Source: a virus (taxonomy: Duplodnaviria; Caudoviricetes). From it: a DNA stretch of 41,069 nt. Shown here piece by piece: positions 1 to 9,582 of this stretch; within the stretch, counting starts at the first letter, position 1; every line of letters starts with the position of its first letter. The DNA is taken from IMG/VR virus record IMGVR_UViG_3300043173_000170, positions 1 to 41,069 of that record. One strand, 5' to 3'. The notes under the pieces were generated by a model. That model searched no databases. It was not told the origin of the DNA and saw only the letters and a program-made list of their open reading frames with translations. The translations under genes were made by a program, and so were the position numbers.

Positions 1-127
1 CAGACTCAAAAGGCTATGTATTAAGCATTGAGGATGCTGAGGAATTATTAAAATTAGATGTTGATATAGATAAAGCGGAGATGACGCATGGTGAGTGCTG
101 CGTTAATGAGCAAGAATCAAATATGGT
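1..127. repeat. Terminal overlap, identical to 40943..41069 (circular assembly)
   Basis: CAGACTCAAAAGG...AATATGGT is repeated exactly at both ends, and an ORF reads through the junction. Confidence 0.97.
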
Positions 128-186
128 TCAAGCCACAAGAGAAATGGCAATGGATGCTCAAGACATGAGGTTAAAAGGACAATGGT

Positions 187-384
187 ATGAATGACATTAT
201 CAGAATGGTAGTTGCAAATGGTGGCGTAGCATTATTGCTTGTTGTTTTAGTTATATCTCCATTGATATATTATATTGATGGTGTGAATACGCTTAAAAAT
301 GTTTTTATTGCGCTAACAATTTTTGGAATAATGATTGCTATTGTTGGAGTGGTTGCCACAGGATTAATAGAACATTTTGCATAA
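187..384 (+). CDS. Small two-TM membrane protein, last gene of the plus-strand operon
   Basis: Two hydrophobic stretches; overlaps the upstream stop. Confidence 0.7.
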   Translation: MNDIIRMVVANGGVALLLVVLVISPLIYYIDGVNTLKNVFIALTIFGIMIAIVGVVATGLIEHFA

Positions 385-427
385 CATACACTGCATGGCA
401 ATCAGTCTTTCCTGCTAATGACATTGG

Positions 428-886
428 TTACTTTATCGAGTCAGTCTGTGTGCCTTTTGATTTGTCAAACGAACGCATTGTTCCAATGCCTAACATACCA
501 GTAATCATGGCGAATAACGCGCCTGTTTCCAATATTGGTGGTGGATCAATGCCATCAGGAACCTTACCCATTGCAGCAGCGATCATCCATATCCACATTA
601 ACATGGGATATATAACAAACTGCCAAGCTAAAGCAAATCCACCGACCCATCCAATGAACGGACGCCAACCGGCTACAAATATTGATTTATGTTGCGCCTC
701 GACTTTATTTACATCAAGCTGTGCAAGCATTAATTGAACGTGTGCGTTTAACTGTGCGACATCACCTTTCTGATGCAGCTCTTCCAACTTTCGCATTTCC
801 TCTGCTTGCCTAATCGGATCGGGCCAGATACGCTCGACAGCAGATTTACCTAGTTCAAATGCTGCTGATAATGGGTCAAAGCTCAT
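428..886 (-). CDS. Holin-like protein (3TM gene-transfer-agent holin type)
   Basis: VNKVEAQHKSIFVAGWRPFIGWV and GMLGIGTMRSFDK motifs; lysis-cassette context. Confidence 0.85.
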   Translation of the reverse strand: MSFDPLSAAFELGKSAVERIWPDPIRQAEEMRKLEELHQKGDVAQLNAHVQLMLAQLDVNKVEAQHKSIFVAGWRPFIGWVGGFALAWQFVIYPMLMWIWMIAAAMGKVPDGIDPPPILETGALFAMITGMLGIGTMRSFDKSKGTQTDSIK

Positions 887-1299
887 TTGAACTGCCCCAT
901 TAAGCCGAAATTAATCACTGTTTCATCCCCTGACAGACCTAATCCACCACGATACGACATATTCCCTTCTACATGCTCTAATACAATAGCAGTTCCACCA
1001 CTGTTATATCCTGAAAACCCTACCCCTATCCCAGTACAGGAAACCTTCAGGCACGATAAAGACGGTACGGACGATAAAGCATTGATGGCAGCTAAAGACT
1101 TTTCCAGGCTTTCAATGCGGTCGTAATCAATGACCTGAGTGTAGTTATTTACTTCAGTCACATGTGTAATGGATGAGTCACGGTACTCGTGGTGAGGGTC
1201 ATCAGCCCAAACGGTAGAGGCAAAAAGCATCAACATAACAAATGCTACTGCTATGATTAACGCTGTAAATGTACCAAATATTTTATCTGTGATATTCAT
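883..1299 (-). CDS. Exported protein with YadA-like trimeric autotransporter anchor
   Basis: N-terminal hydrophobic signal; LAAINALSSVP helix followed by Gly-rich amphipathic strands (GIGVGFSGY ... NFGLMGQF). Confidence 0.6.
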   Translation of the reverse strand: MNITDKIFGTFTALIIAVAFVMLMLFASTVWADDPHHEYRDSSITHVTEVNNYTQVIDYDRIESLEKSLAAINALSSVPSLSCLKVSCTGIGVGFSGYNSGGTAIVLEHVEGNMSYRGGLGLSGDETVINFGLMGQFK

Positions 1300-1321
1300 T
1301 TAAACACCTCTTTTAGTTTAT

Positions 1322-1582
1322 TCATGTCTTCCCCTTAAATAAAGCTATCATCTGGTTAGTAACCGTCGTCACAAGGACTGTATGTTGTTTATGACTTTCA
1401 CTTCTCAGTGCCTTTATTTCTGCCATCACTACAGAATGATTATTGTTGATTAATTTCCGAGTCTCGTTTCTGTCATACCACCACAGTTTGATAGAGGCAA
1501 CTAGCACTAGAAATGTACCGGTAATAAATGGCCATATCTGAGTTAAGTGTTCAGCTAAAGATTGCGTTTCTTTGTATGGCAT
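1322..1582 (-). CDS. Single-TM protein next to endolysin (holin/antiholin-like)
   Basis: One TM helix followed by a coiled-coil-like tail; directly downstream of the endolysin. Confidence 0.5.
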   Translation of the reverse strand: MPYKETQSLAEHLTQIWPFITGTFLVLVASIKLWWYDRNETRKLINNNHSVVMAEIKALRSESHKQHTVLVTTVTNQMIALFKGKT

Positions 1583-1588
1583 AATTTA

Positions 1589-2011
1589 TTACCAGTCTAA
1601 TTGGATATGACTCATGTCCCATCCGTAGTCTATATTATTAGTTAATTTAGGTTTTGACCGTTTCCAGGTTCCACCCCATTCAATCTTATGGTCAAGGATT
1701 GCCGCTGCCTGATAAAAAGCAATAGCTATCATTGCCATGTAATGCGGCTCCCAACTAGCTTTCCCATTGACATAAGCATAATAATCTAACGCTTTTCCAA
1801 GCTGATGCTTGCTTAACCTATCATAACCATCAACCATAGACTTTCCATCCTTAAATAGCTCATTCTGACGCTCTGCTGTGCGCTTACCAGCATCATTGCC
1901 ATGACCGTAATCCACAAGGCTCAATTGTATAGCAAGATCATCAATTTCAATCAGACGCTTATCAACGCCTTTACGATTATGCTTTGATCTTTTGCTGAGT
2001 TTATAGGTCAT
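1589..2011 (-). CDS. Endolysin, M15-family Zn peptidase (L-Ala-D-Glu type)
   Basis: YKLSKRS N-terminus, RTAERQNELF, SKHxxGxAxD, IEWGGTW, WDxxHxQL. Confidence 0.9.
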   Translation of the reverse strand: MTYKLSKRSKHNRKGVDKRLIEIDDLAIQLSLVDYGHGNDAGKRTAERQNELFKDGKSMVDGYDRLSKHQLGKALDYYAYVNGKASWEPHYMAMIAIAFYQAAAILDHKIEWGGTWKRSKPKLTNNIDYGWDMSHIQLDW

Positions 2012-2961
2012 TATGGATCTTCACAGTTAGTTATTAATTCTGAAAATGACTCTAACTTAACGCTGTCCGTATTCTTAATATCGCCAACAGCATCATCATA
2101 AATACGATGAACGGTATCGCCTTCTATTGGTGGGCCTGTCTCATACACGACACTATAGATAACGTCTGAGGCATCAGTTAATGTAATGGCTGTGACTTCT
2201 CCAATTTCAGCAGACTCCGTCTGATTCTTAACAAAGGACATTCCTACTTCAAATCCCAACACTGTTGATACTGTTTCACTAAAACTTATCGTGTGGTCTT
2301 TTGCAGCCAGCCCTTTAACAGCAAACTGAACACCTGTTCCGCCATCACTCAATGTAGAAGTAATTGTTGCTGTTCCTGTTGCTCCAGCTGAAGCCTGTTG
2401 TTTAGTTCCCCAAGAGCCGCTTATTGCGCTCACACCACCGGAAGTGTTTTCGGTTGTTTCTGACCAACCAGCACCAGCTACAGAGTAGACATCAGTGCCA
2501 CCTACCTCTATACCGAATAAGTAAAAAGCCAAGCAATCAGCAGCATCAGTAGTTACTCCAGTAATTTCATGTGATGTTCCTGCTGGCGATAATACAACAC
2601 TTCCAGTTTGATTAATTGGAGACGCTGTATTTACGCCTGAAACCCTTAGATACCAACCTACAGATTCAAAAGAGCCGCCACTCCATCCTACTGTTACCGT
2701 TGCTTCTTCTGTTCCGTCTGCTATACGATAATATATTACAAACTTGTCATCTGTATTTTGATCCCCGCCAGCTACTAATTTTGTCCAACTCGGCGTATCT
2801 GTTACGCCAGTAAAAGTCTCAGCGCCATTGTTATCACCAGTCCTGACAAATATCCATAACAACTCACCAATAGCAACATCGAAAGGTCTTGATAAATCAA
2901 TGCTAGCTGTTTTTACTGATGATTCATTTGTTTCCCATGTTTTAACTACTGGCACACTCAT
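2011..2961 (-). CDS. Putative virion/tail fibre-associated beta-rich protein
   Basis: S/T/G-rich, YYRIADGTE motif, position in the tail module. Confidence 0.6.
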   Translation of the reverse strand: MSVPVVKTWETNESSVKTASIDLSRPFDVAIGELLWIFVRTGDNNGAETFTGVTDTPSWTKLVAGGDQNTDDKFVIYYRIADGTEEATVTVGWSGGSFESVGWYLRVSGVNTASPINQTGSVVLSPAGTSHEITGVTTDAADCLAFYLFGIEVGGTDVYSVAGAGWSETTENTSGGVSAISGSWGTKQQASAGATGTATITSTLSDGGTGVQFAVKGLAAKDHTISFSETVSTVLGFEVGMSFVKNQTESAEIGEVTAITLTDASDVIYSVVYETGPPIEGDTVHRIYDDAVGDIKNTDSVKLESFSELITNCEDP

Positions 2962-5195
2962 TATGTAATCCTCAAATCGTTTATGGAAACTTTGAATAAG
3001 TCAAGTAGCCATTCAGTATCCTCTGCATAAGGCATATTGGCATACCCCATAATATAACCGCCACCCCAGCCATTGTAGCCAAGATCAATAGATTTTTGAC
3101 TTATTATTAGTTCAATATCGCCAGAATCATTTATTGTTGTATATTCAGATTCATTCTCCCATTTGCGATACCACGCAATCTTGCCATCTGTAGCACTATC
3201 GCCACTTGATGCTTTCAGATGATAGACAACGTGCATCCATCGCCCGGCATCGGCAGGCGTTATATAATCAGCATACGTTTCAGGAAGGGTGTAAGTTCTG
3301 TCTCCTGCATTATCATAAGCTAATCTCACATCTATATTTGTTGAGGGATTCCCAGGCCAATCCTGTGTTGTAAAATGCGATACATCAGGGTCGCTATATA
3401 CCTCACTATGTTTGCCCATATACATAACAAACCACTTATTATTAGTTGGTGAGCCAGTTAGTCCTCTTGAAAAGTTAAGTGGCACTTTTATCCAGTAAGA
3501 AACCCATATCTCAGGATAGCCTTTGCCCATATAAAAACGCTGTTCAGTCCAATTTACACCTGCTGCATACCTAAGTCGCAAACTGTTTTTACCTTCCTTA
3601 GCCGTCCAATCACGACCAGCAGGATCGTGAATATTGCAAATTGTATTAACGTTCCATATGGCTACATTATCACCAGGGTCTGCACAAACGGCATCCTTTG
3701 TTACAATACTGGTTCTATTTGGCGCCTCCCATGTAAACCCGTCTGCATTCGTTGCAGACAAATCGCCAGACTCAAAATTATCATTGAAGATAGTGCCAAG
3801 AGGTTCTGCTCCTGAAGCAACAACATATTTAATAATAGCAGGATCAGCGTCAGCAACCTGATAATCAGAGCCATTAGCCACACTTTCTAGCGCACCATCA
3901 GCATCTACATATTCAAGCGTAAGAGTATTGTTTGCTGTAAACAATTCATCAGAAGTAAAGATTAGCGTACTTGTTCCCTGCCCTGAAGCAATCGCTAGGT
4001 TTGGATTTGAAAGATTACGGGTGAGGGTAAATCCATCTGAATAAGTCCCCGCAGTAGTAACAGCTTCAGAAAAATTAACAACTAATAGATATGAGCTATC
4101 TAAAGCAGAAATACTTATAATCTGCGGACTAGGGAAGGCAGTTACGGTTAAATCAGAATTGCCTGAATTAGTTGTGCCTGTAGTATTAGTCGCTGAATAA
4201 GTTAAAGTAACCGCGCCAGCTATCACTTGACTGCCGTCGCACCCTAATATGCCAGCCGAAGACAGAGAAAGACCAGTAGCTAATGGGCCCCCTGTATTAA
4301 CTGAAATATCAGTTATCGCAGAACTGCCTTCATTAACATAATCATTCAGGTTGTATTTAACAGCATTAACTTCGTCATCTTCAAAGGTGAAATCAGGAAC
4401 AGTCCCCCATACAGGGGCTAATGCCCCGCAACTCACTGTTCCTGTCCATGCGCCTGTTACTGTTGGCGCTGTTGCTGAGTTATCAACCACTGACATATCA
4501 AAGGATTCAGTTAATGAAGTAAATCCAGCCCCATTAGTTACTTTAACAACAATGGTATCTTGTCCGTATTCCGCTAGTGTTTTTGCTGAACGAATGTATC
4601 TTTTACCAAACAACACAAATCCTGACGGTAGTGCAGCAGAACTTCCATCAATCGCCCATTCTAATGTCTGTATAGAAGCGGGGTCGCCATCATCATCAAT
4701 ATATTCATTTAAATCTATGACAAGAGAAGCACCAAGCTCAATAGCTAAAAAGTCTGGAATGGATAAAAGAGTTGGCGCTGTTATTTCAAGACCAACAAGA
4801 GCAATAGACAGGGTATCTAATGATGATTGATTTCCTAATGGGTTTGTTGCTTTAACTGTCAGGACATATTCCCCGCCTTGCAACTCAGATATAAGTCCGC
4901 TTATGATTCCGTTATTAAATTCTAAGTCTGCTGGCAAAACACCAGAAGTAATCTCGAAAGTATAATGGAGAATATCATTACCAGGGACTAAATGCTGACG
5001 AACATCATAATCAATCGTATCGCCTGTTGTCCATTCTATATCCCAACTCTCATTCTTCCATTCAGGCGCAGTTTGATCTACAGCCACCGACCTGCCACCA
5101 GAAGAGGACAAAGACGAATACCTTACATTAGTTAGCTTCGATCTTTTAACTGTAAGTTTTGTCCGTTTATTTGAAAGCGGGGTTCTCTTAGCCAT
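2961..5195 (-). CDS. Large adhesin-like virion protein: Ig/cadherin-like repeats, SwmB-like domain, C-terminal jelly-roll (lyase/lectin-like) domain
   Basis: Three repeats of type APxW...GxLPxGL...VxATN; VVNFSEAV...TLTLEY; IFNDNFESGD starting a W-rich domain. Confidence 0.65.
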   Translation of the reverse strand: MAKRTPLSNKRTKLTVKRSKLTNVRYSSLSSSGGRSVAVDQTAPEWKNESWDIEWTTGDTIDYDVRQHLVPGNDILHYTFEITSGVLPADLEFNNGIISGLISELQGGEYVLTVKATNPLGNQSSLDTLSIALVGLEITAPTLLSIPDFLAIELGASLVIDLNEYIDDDGDPASIQTLEWAIDGSSAALPSGFVLFGKRYIRSAKTLAEYGQDTIVVKVTNGAGFTSLTESFDMSVVDNSATAPTVTGAWTGTVSCGALAPVWGTVPDFTFEDDEVNAVKYNLNDYVNEGSSAITDISVNTGGPLATGLSLSSAGILGCDGSQVIAGAVTLTYSATNTTGTTNSGNSDLTVTAFPSPQIISISALDSSYLLVVNFSEAVTTAGTYSDGFTLTRNLSNPNLAIASGQGTSTLIFTSDELFTANNTLTLEYVDADGALESVANGSDYQVADADPAIIKYVVASGAEPLGTIFNDNFESGDLSATNADGFTWEAPNRTSIVTKDAVCADPGDNVAIWNVNTICNIHDPAGRDWTAKEGKNSLRLRYAAGVNWTEQRFYMGKGYPEIWVSYWIKVPLNFSRGLTGSPTNNKWFVMYMGKHSEVYSDPDVSHFTTQDWPGNPSTNIDVRLAYDNAGDRTYTLPETYADYITPADAGRWMHVVYHLKASSGDSATDGKIAWYRKWENESEYTTINDSGDIELIISQKSIDLGYNGWGGGYIMGYANMPYAEDTEWLLDLFKVSINDLRIT

Positions 5196-5204
5196 GATAG
5201 TTTC

Positions 5205-5636
5205 CTAAGCCTGTTTTCTCCAGAATACAACAACACTTCCAGAACTAGAGGCATCATCAATAAAAACACCGGTATTAAATTTAGCGCCTTTCAGATCAAA
5301 GAATGCACCAATGGCTGTTGAGGCTGGAATAGAAAGTACAACCGTTCCAGTATCATCTGTGCCATCTTCTATGTTGATTACTCCGCCAGCAGTCGCTACG
5401 GTGACTAATACACCGAATACCAATGCAGGGTCTGCTGATACCTGAACATCATTATCTGCCGTCGCCCATGCATGATATTCACACTCATCGACTCCAACAC
5501 CATATTGATTGAGAGTTCCAGCGTTTCGCTCATTAGCAAATGCTTCTGATATATAGACTAATTTGTACTTCTGACCCGTATCTGGATCAATATAATATTC
5601 TGGCATTATATTTGGTCTTTCTGGTGTGGCTGTCAT
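5205..5636 (-). CDS. Putative small virion structural protein
   Basis: Beta-rich sequence, GGAG RBS, tail context. Confidence 0.55.
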   Translation of the reverse strand: MTATPERPNIMPEYYIDPDTGQKYKLVYISEAFANERNAGTLNQYGVGVDECEYHAWATADNDVQVSADPALVFGVLVTVATAGGVINIEDGTDDTGTVVLSIPASTAIGAFFDLKGAKFNTGVFIDDASSSGSVVVFWRKQA

Positions 5637-5677
5637 GTTGTTCTCCTAAATCATTAATTATATTGAGTTTTAAGTCA

Positions 5678-7717
5678 TTATGCCGCTATGCTTGCCATCG
5701 CTTTAAATACAGCAGCCCCACCACTACCTGCTGTTGTACATACCCATCCAGGACTTGCGCCAGCAGTAGGCGTTTCTTTTCTAATTATATCGCCAACCGC
5801 CCACTCCCCGCCTGTTGGCAGACTATCACTCCATATTTCTCTCAAGCCATTTCTGTTTATACGTCCATCAAATGATCCAACATCTGACGATGGTACTACT
5901 GCACCTGTAATCCATAATGTATTCGCTAGTAAAGATTCTTTGTCAAAAAGAGTAACTGTTTCTGCTGTGACTGGAATATCAACGTATCGGTCATAAGTAT
6001 CAGTGCTAGTCCCTCTATATATTCTTAATGAAGTCCCTGGAACTGCATTACTAATTATCAATTTATGTGCTGTAGCGCCACCAGAGTGAACTATACTATC
6101 TTCTGCGCTTAAAGCTCCAAAAAGATACTCAGCATCAAAAGCCTTAATAAGATAATAATAGGTTGTAGTATCAACAAATCCTGATGTTGGAATATCTGCT
6201 TCTATTGCAATAGAATCTATAGAGGCTGTGTCAACTTTAGTTAATGGGACTGTTTTATCTGCGGTAGTTGCATTCCAGCCCAATGAACCATCATAAAAGA
6301 TTTTTAGTTGTTGAGAGAGTAAGCCTGAAACTGATTGTAACTTAGTGTTTAATGCCCCTACCGCTGAAGTGATAAAAATACCCAAGCAATTATAGTATTG
6401 CCAACCAGTAGGATCAGCAAAATCAGCAGGATCATTTAAAAAATCTCCACCTCTGTTATTTTCTAAATTTATAGTAGACCCTTGTTTAATCGAATTTATG
6501 CGTATATCTGCTGTTCGACTCACAGGCGTATTTGCAAAAGTAAAGAATTTATTTTCTTTAACTGTCAAGACAGTATCTCTTTCATCAACTAAATCATCAT
6601 TTATATATATTGGGAAATATGTATCATCAGTATTTAAAAAGTAATTTTCGCTAAAGGTTAGCCCTGAGTTTTTTATTTCAAATGAATGGGCGCCATCAGA
6701 AAATTCAAAATGCCCTCCGTTTATTTCTACATTGAGGCATCTATCTATAACATATCTTCCGCCATTGCATGAATTAAATATTGCGCCGTTACAGTTTTCC
6801 AAATTTATTATGTCAAGATTGGTAGTAAATATTTGCTCAGCATAAAATGAATCTCCTGCATGATCAGTTGAGTCGTATAACCGACCACCTGCCTTCCCAT
6901 TTACCCAATTTATCCATAGCATCCTGACTTGATCTGTATAATTTATACCTTTAGCGCCATATAAAATATTGGAAAATGAAAGATTCTCAAATGAAAAGCT
7001 ACACTCATTATGATATAAAAAAGATGCTGCCGTACTGCCACTCCCGTCAACGCTAAAGTTTTTAAATAACATTCGTGGATGACCCGGAAATGCTACAGCT
7101 TTAACGTCTACAGCACTTTCATTTAATCTGAAAGCATAATCACCAGAAGTCATACCACTTAACATTAATTTTGATGATGTTCCTGCGCCTTCAAGTATAT
7201 AGGTCAGTCGTGTGTTGGTACTGTCCAGAAATATATCTGATGTTATTTTTGGTGTCCCGTCAAAAATCACGTGCGTATTAGAATTAAATGCTAATTGAAA
7301 TGCAGCAGTATCATCATTAGAACCATCGCATTCGGCCCCGTATGCTTTAACATCAATAGCGCCAATATAATCTCTCAGCCATGCACTAGAGCCATCACCA
7401 CCACTAGGAATAAAGACTGTTCCGCAGAATGAGCCACCATCATCTGAATAAGTGCCAAGGGCTTCCCCTGATACGCCCCTCCAAATATTTCCACGACCAT
7501 CTGGACTCAGAATATATAAAGCACTTCCTGTAGTTGGTGTTAGTAGTACAGCGGTTGATTTATCATTAGTCACTGACGGTTCGCTGCTTGATGATGCTGC
7601 GGCTAACTGACTCGGATTAACGCTCTTAAGAACTGATCCTGTCTCGTCTATAAGAGGAACTAAAGCGGTGCTAGGCACAACATAGGAAGTATCTTTTTTT
7701 GATAGAATTGTACTCAT
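5678..7717 (-). CDS. Tailspike/depolymerase with right-handed beta-helix
   Basis: IDVKAYGAECDGSNDDTAAFQLA pectate-lyase-3-like start; N-rich parallel-beta repeats; C-terminal PTxGxWxxGD...GWVC module. Confidence 0.85.
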   Translation of the reverse strand: MSTILSKKDTSYVVPSTALVPLIDETGSVLKSVNPSQLAAASSSSEPSVTNDKSTAVLLTPTTGSALYILSPDGRGNIWRGVSGEALGTYSDDGGSFCGTVFIPSGGDGSSAWLRDYIGAIDVKAYGAECDGSNDDTAAFQLAFNSNTHVIFDGTPKITSDIFLDSTNTRLTYILEGAGTSSKLMLSGMTSGDYAFRLNESAVDVKAVAFPGHPRMLFKNFSVDGSGSTAASFLYHNECSFSFENLSFSNILYGAKGINYTDQVRMLWINWVNGKAGGRLYDSTDHAGDSFYAEQIFTTNLDIINLENCNGAIFNSCNGGRYVIDRCLNVEINGGHFEFSDGAHSFEIKNSGLTFSENYFLNTDDTYFPIYINDDLVDERDTVLTVKENKFFTFANTPVSRTADIRINSIKQGSTINLENNRGGDFLNDPADFADPTGWQYYNCLGIFITSAVGALNTKLQSVSGLLSQQLKIFYDGSLGWNATTADKTVPLTKVDTASIDSIAIEADIPTSGFVDTTTYYYLIKAFDAEYLFGALSAEDSIVHSGGATAHKLIISNAVPGTSLRIYRGTSTDTYDRYVDIPVTAETVTLFDKESLLANTLWITGAVVPSSDVGSFDGRINRNGLREIWSDSLPTGGEWAVGDIIRKETPTAGASPGWVCTTAGSGGAAVFKAMASIAA

Positions 7718-9582
7718 TGTTCGACCTGCTCCTGAAGCCCTAAGTTATTCTGTATCTTGATAATTTCAGCACTTAATTTAGTAGCTAATTGCTTTCCAAG
7801 TGTCGACTTATATTCTGTTTTCATTGATTTTGCCATAAGTGCTGTTATTTTTGGATTCGTCAGCGCATGAGCGACCACTCTTGGCGCAACCAGAATAACG
7901 CCTGCCTCAACTGGGTCTATTATCTTAAAGGCCATTCCTGCGCCAATCGTACCGGCCTGAACAAGGTTCATCACCATTCCAAGCCCTGCCTCTGGTCTTT
8001 TTTGTAACCTTTCGCCTATCATTGCAAATTCAATAATCCTGTTTCTCTGGTCTTTACTGAAAGCAGCATTTAAGGTTCTTCCCTTTTTTCTGTCTACAAA
8101 TGTTTTTAATAATCTATTGGCTGCTACAACGCCTTCAGCATCAGAAGTCTTTGTAAGCAATGACTGTAAATATCCTGCCTGCATACCATGCCATGCTGTA
8201 TCAAACTCTATCTCTTTACTGAGTTTAGCAGCAGAACGTAAAGCCTTTTTCGCTTTTATAATTTCAGTTACATTACCATCCCTGAATATTGTCTCGCCTA
8301 TTCTTTCAGGATTCTTTTTATTCGCATTAATCAAGTTAGCTATAAATTTATTATCAAATATCTCTTTTCCTTTTCTCCAGAATTTATTTGTTTTTAAGTA
8401 GGCGTCTGCAACATCTTTACCAGCATTTAATGCTGACTTTTCCATTGATCCATTAATGCTTGTAACTATATCACCAATTGTTCTATTGGCCCTTCCAGCA
8501 CCAACAACTCCTTCTAAGTCACGTTGCATTGCTAGTAAGCTAGATCGGAGAAAATGAGCATCTTTAAATGTTAAGTTATCAGGCAAATTAGTAACTTGTT
8601 TTAAAAGCTGCATATCAACTTCACCAGAACCTACATTAGCAACCCTCTTTAATTGCTCAAGAGTATCTCCTGCTATTTGCTTTAAGTAACTTGTACTTAT
8701 TGCAGCACCACCAGACGCATCTAATAAGTTATCAACATTCTCATACATAACACTAGCGGCTGAAGAATGTGCTGACCTACCACCCTTAATATTGTTTCTG
8801 AACAATTGGCCTAAAGCATCATCAGATAAATCTGTAGACGCTTTTTTTGCAATAGTTTTAATTAAATTCTTTTCCATTGACTTATAGGCTTCGACATTGG
8901 CAACATCAACACCTTTATATACACCAGAAGCCGTAATAGAGCCTTTTGTTAGAGCGTCCAATTGCTGTATCCACCATGAATCAGATAATTGTGCCGCTGT
9001 AAACTGACCGCCTTCACCTGTAAATTTCTTTGACAAGGCTCTGCTTAAATCAGTTACTTTTGGCTTTATTGCTTGACCTACATAACCAGCCGTCTTTAAA
9101 GCAAGTTGACCAATCCCTTCAAATACAGCTTGCTCTCCTCCAGCATAAGCTGCACGTTTTCCTGCTTCAGCAATAGTTTCAGGAGCTTCTTCCTCCCCCA
9201 TAATATATTCTTTTGCCATTTGACCTGCTTCGCCAATAGCTCCACCAATACCAGATGCGCCCACTTGAATTGCTCTTTGGGCAGCCTGTCCCATCTGCTG
9301 AACACCAGGAAGCCTTGATGCAATAAGAGGGGCAGCAATACCGCCGACAAGCGCAGGAACATCACGCTGGAATTCTTCCCATCCAGACCTGTCTAATTCG
9401 GCTGTTGGCTGAACAACCTCAAATCCTTCAGGCGCATAACTCGGCAGAGGTACATCAACAGGGCGCTGTCCAACATTCTGCAAATAATCCAATACCGCAG
9501 TCTGAATTCTGCTCTCATCCCAATTAGCAGGAAATTCAGCCACATTACCATCAGGCAACTCAACTTCGATTACATCATTCAT
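7714..9582 (-). CDS. DNA ejection protein (P22 gp16 position)
   Basis: VELPDGNVAEFP N-terminal motif, G/A-rich membrane-active segment, helical body, third gene of the ejection trio. Confidence 0.7.
   Translation of the reverse strand: MNDVIEVELPDGNVAEFPANWDESRIQTAVLDYLQNVGQRPVDVPLPSYAPEGFEVVQPTAELDRSGWEEFQRDVPALVGGIAAPLIASRLPGVQQMGQAAQRAIQVGASGIGGAIGEAGQMAKEYIMGEEEAPETIAEAGKRAAYAGGEQAVFEGIGQLALKTAGYVGQAIKPKVTDLSRALSKKFTGEGGQFTAAQLSDSWWIQQLDALTKGSITASGVYKGVDVANVEAYKSMEKNLIKTIAKKASTDLSDDALGQLFRNNIKGGRSAHSSAASVMYENVDNLLDASGGAAISTSYLKQIAGDTLEQLKRVANVGSGEVDMQLLKQVTNLPDNLTFKDAHFLRSSLLAMQRDLEGVVGAGRANRTIGDIVTSINGSMEKSALNAGKDVADAYLKTNKFWRKGKEIFDNKFIANLINANKKNPERIGETIFRDGNVTEIIKAKKALRSAAKLSKEIEFDTAWHGMQAGYLQSLLTKTSDAEGVVAANRLLKTFVDRKKGRTLNAAFSKDQRNRIIEFAMIGERLQKRPEAGLGMVMNLVQAGTIGAGMAFKIIDPVEAGVILVAPRVVAHALTNPKITALMAKSMKTEYKSTLGKQLATKLSAEIIKIQNNLGLQEQVEQ

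Noticed and set aside
1-127. 127-bp repeat as a biological direct terminal repeat
   Set aside because: The length equals a common assembler k-mer and it cuts through an ORF. It indicates circular assembly only.
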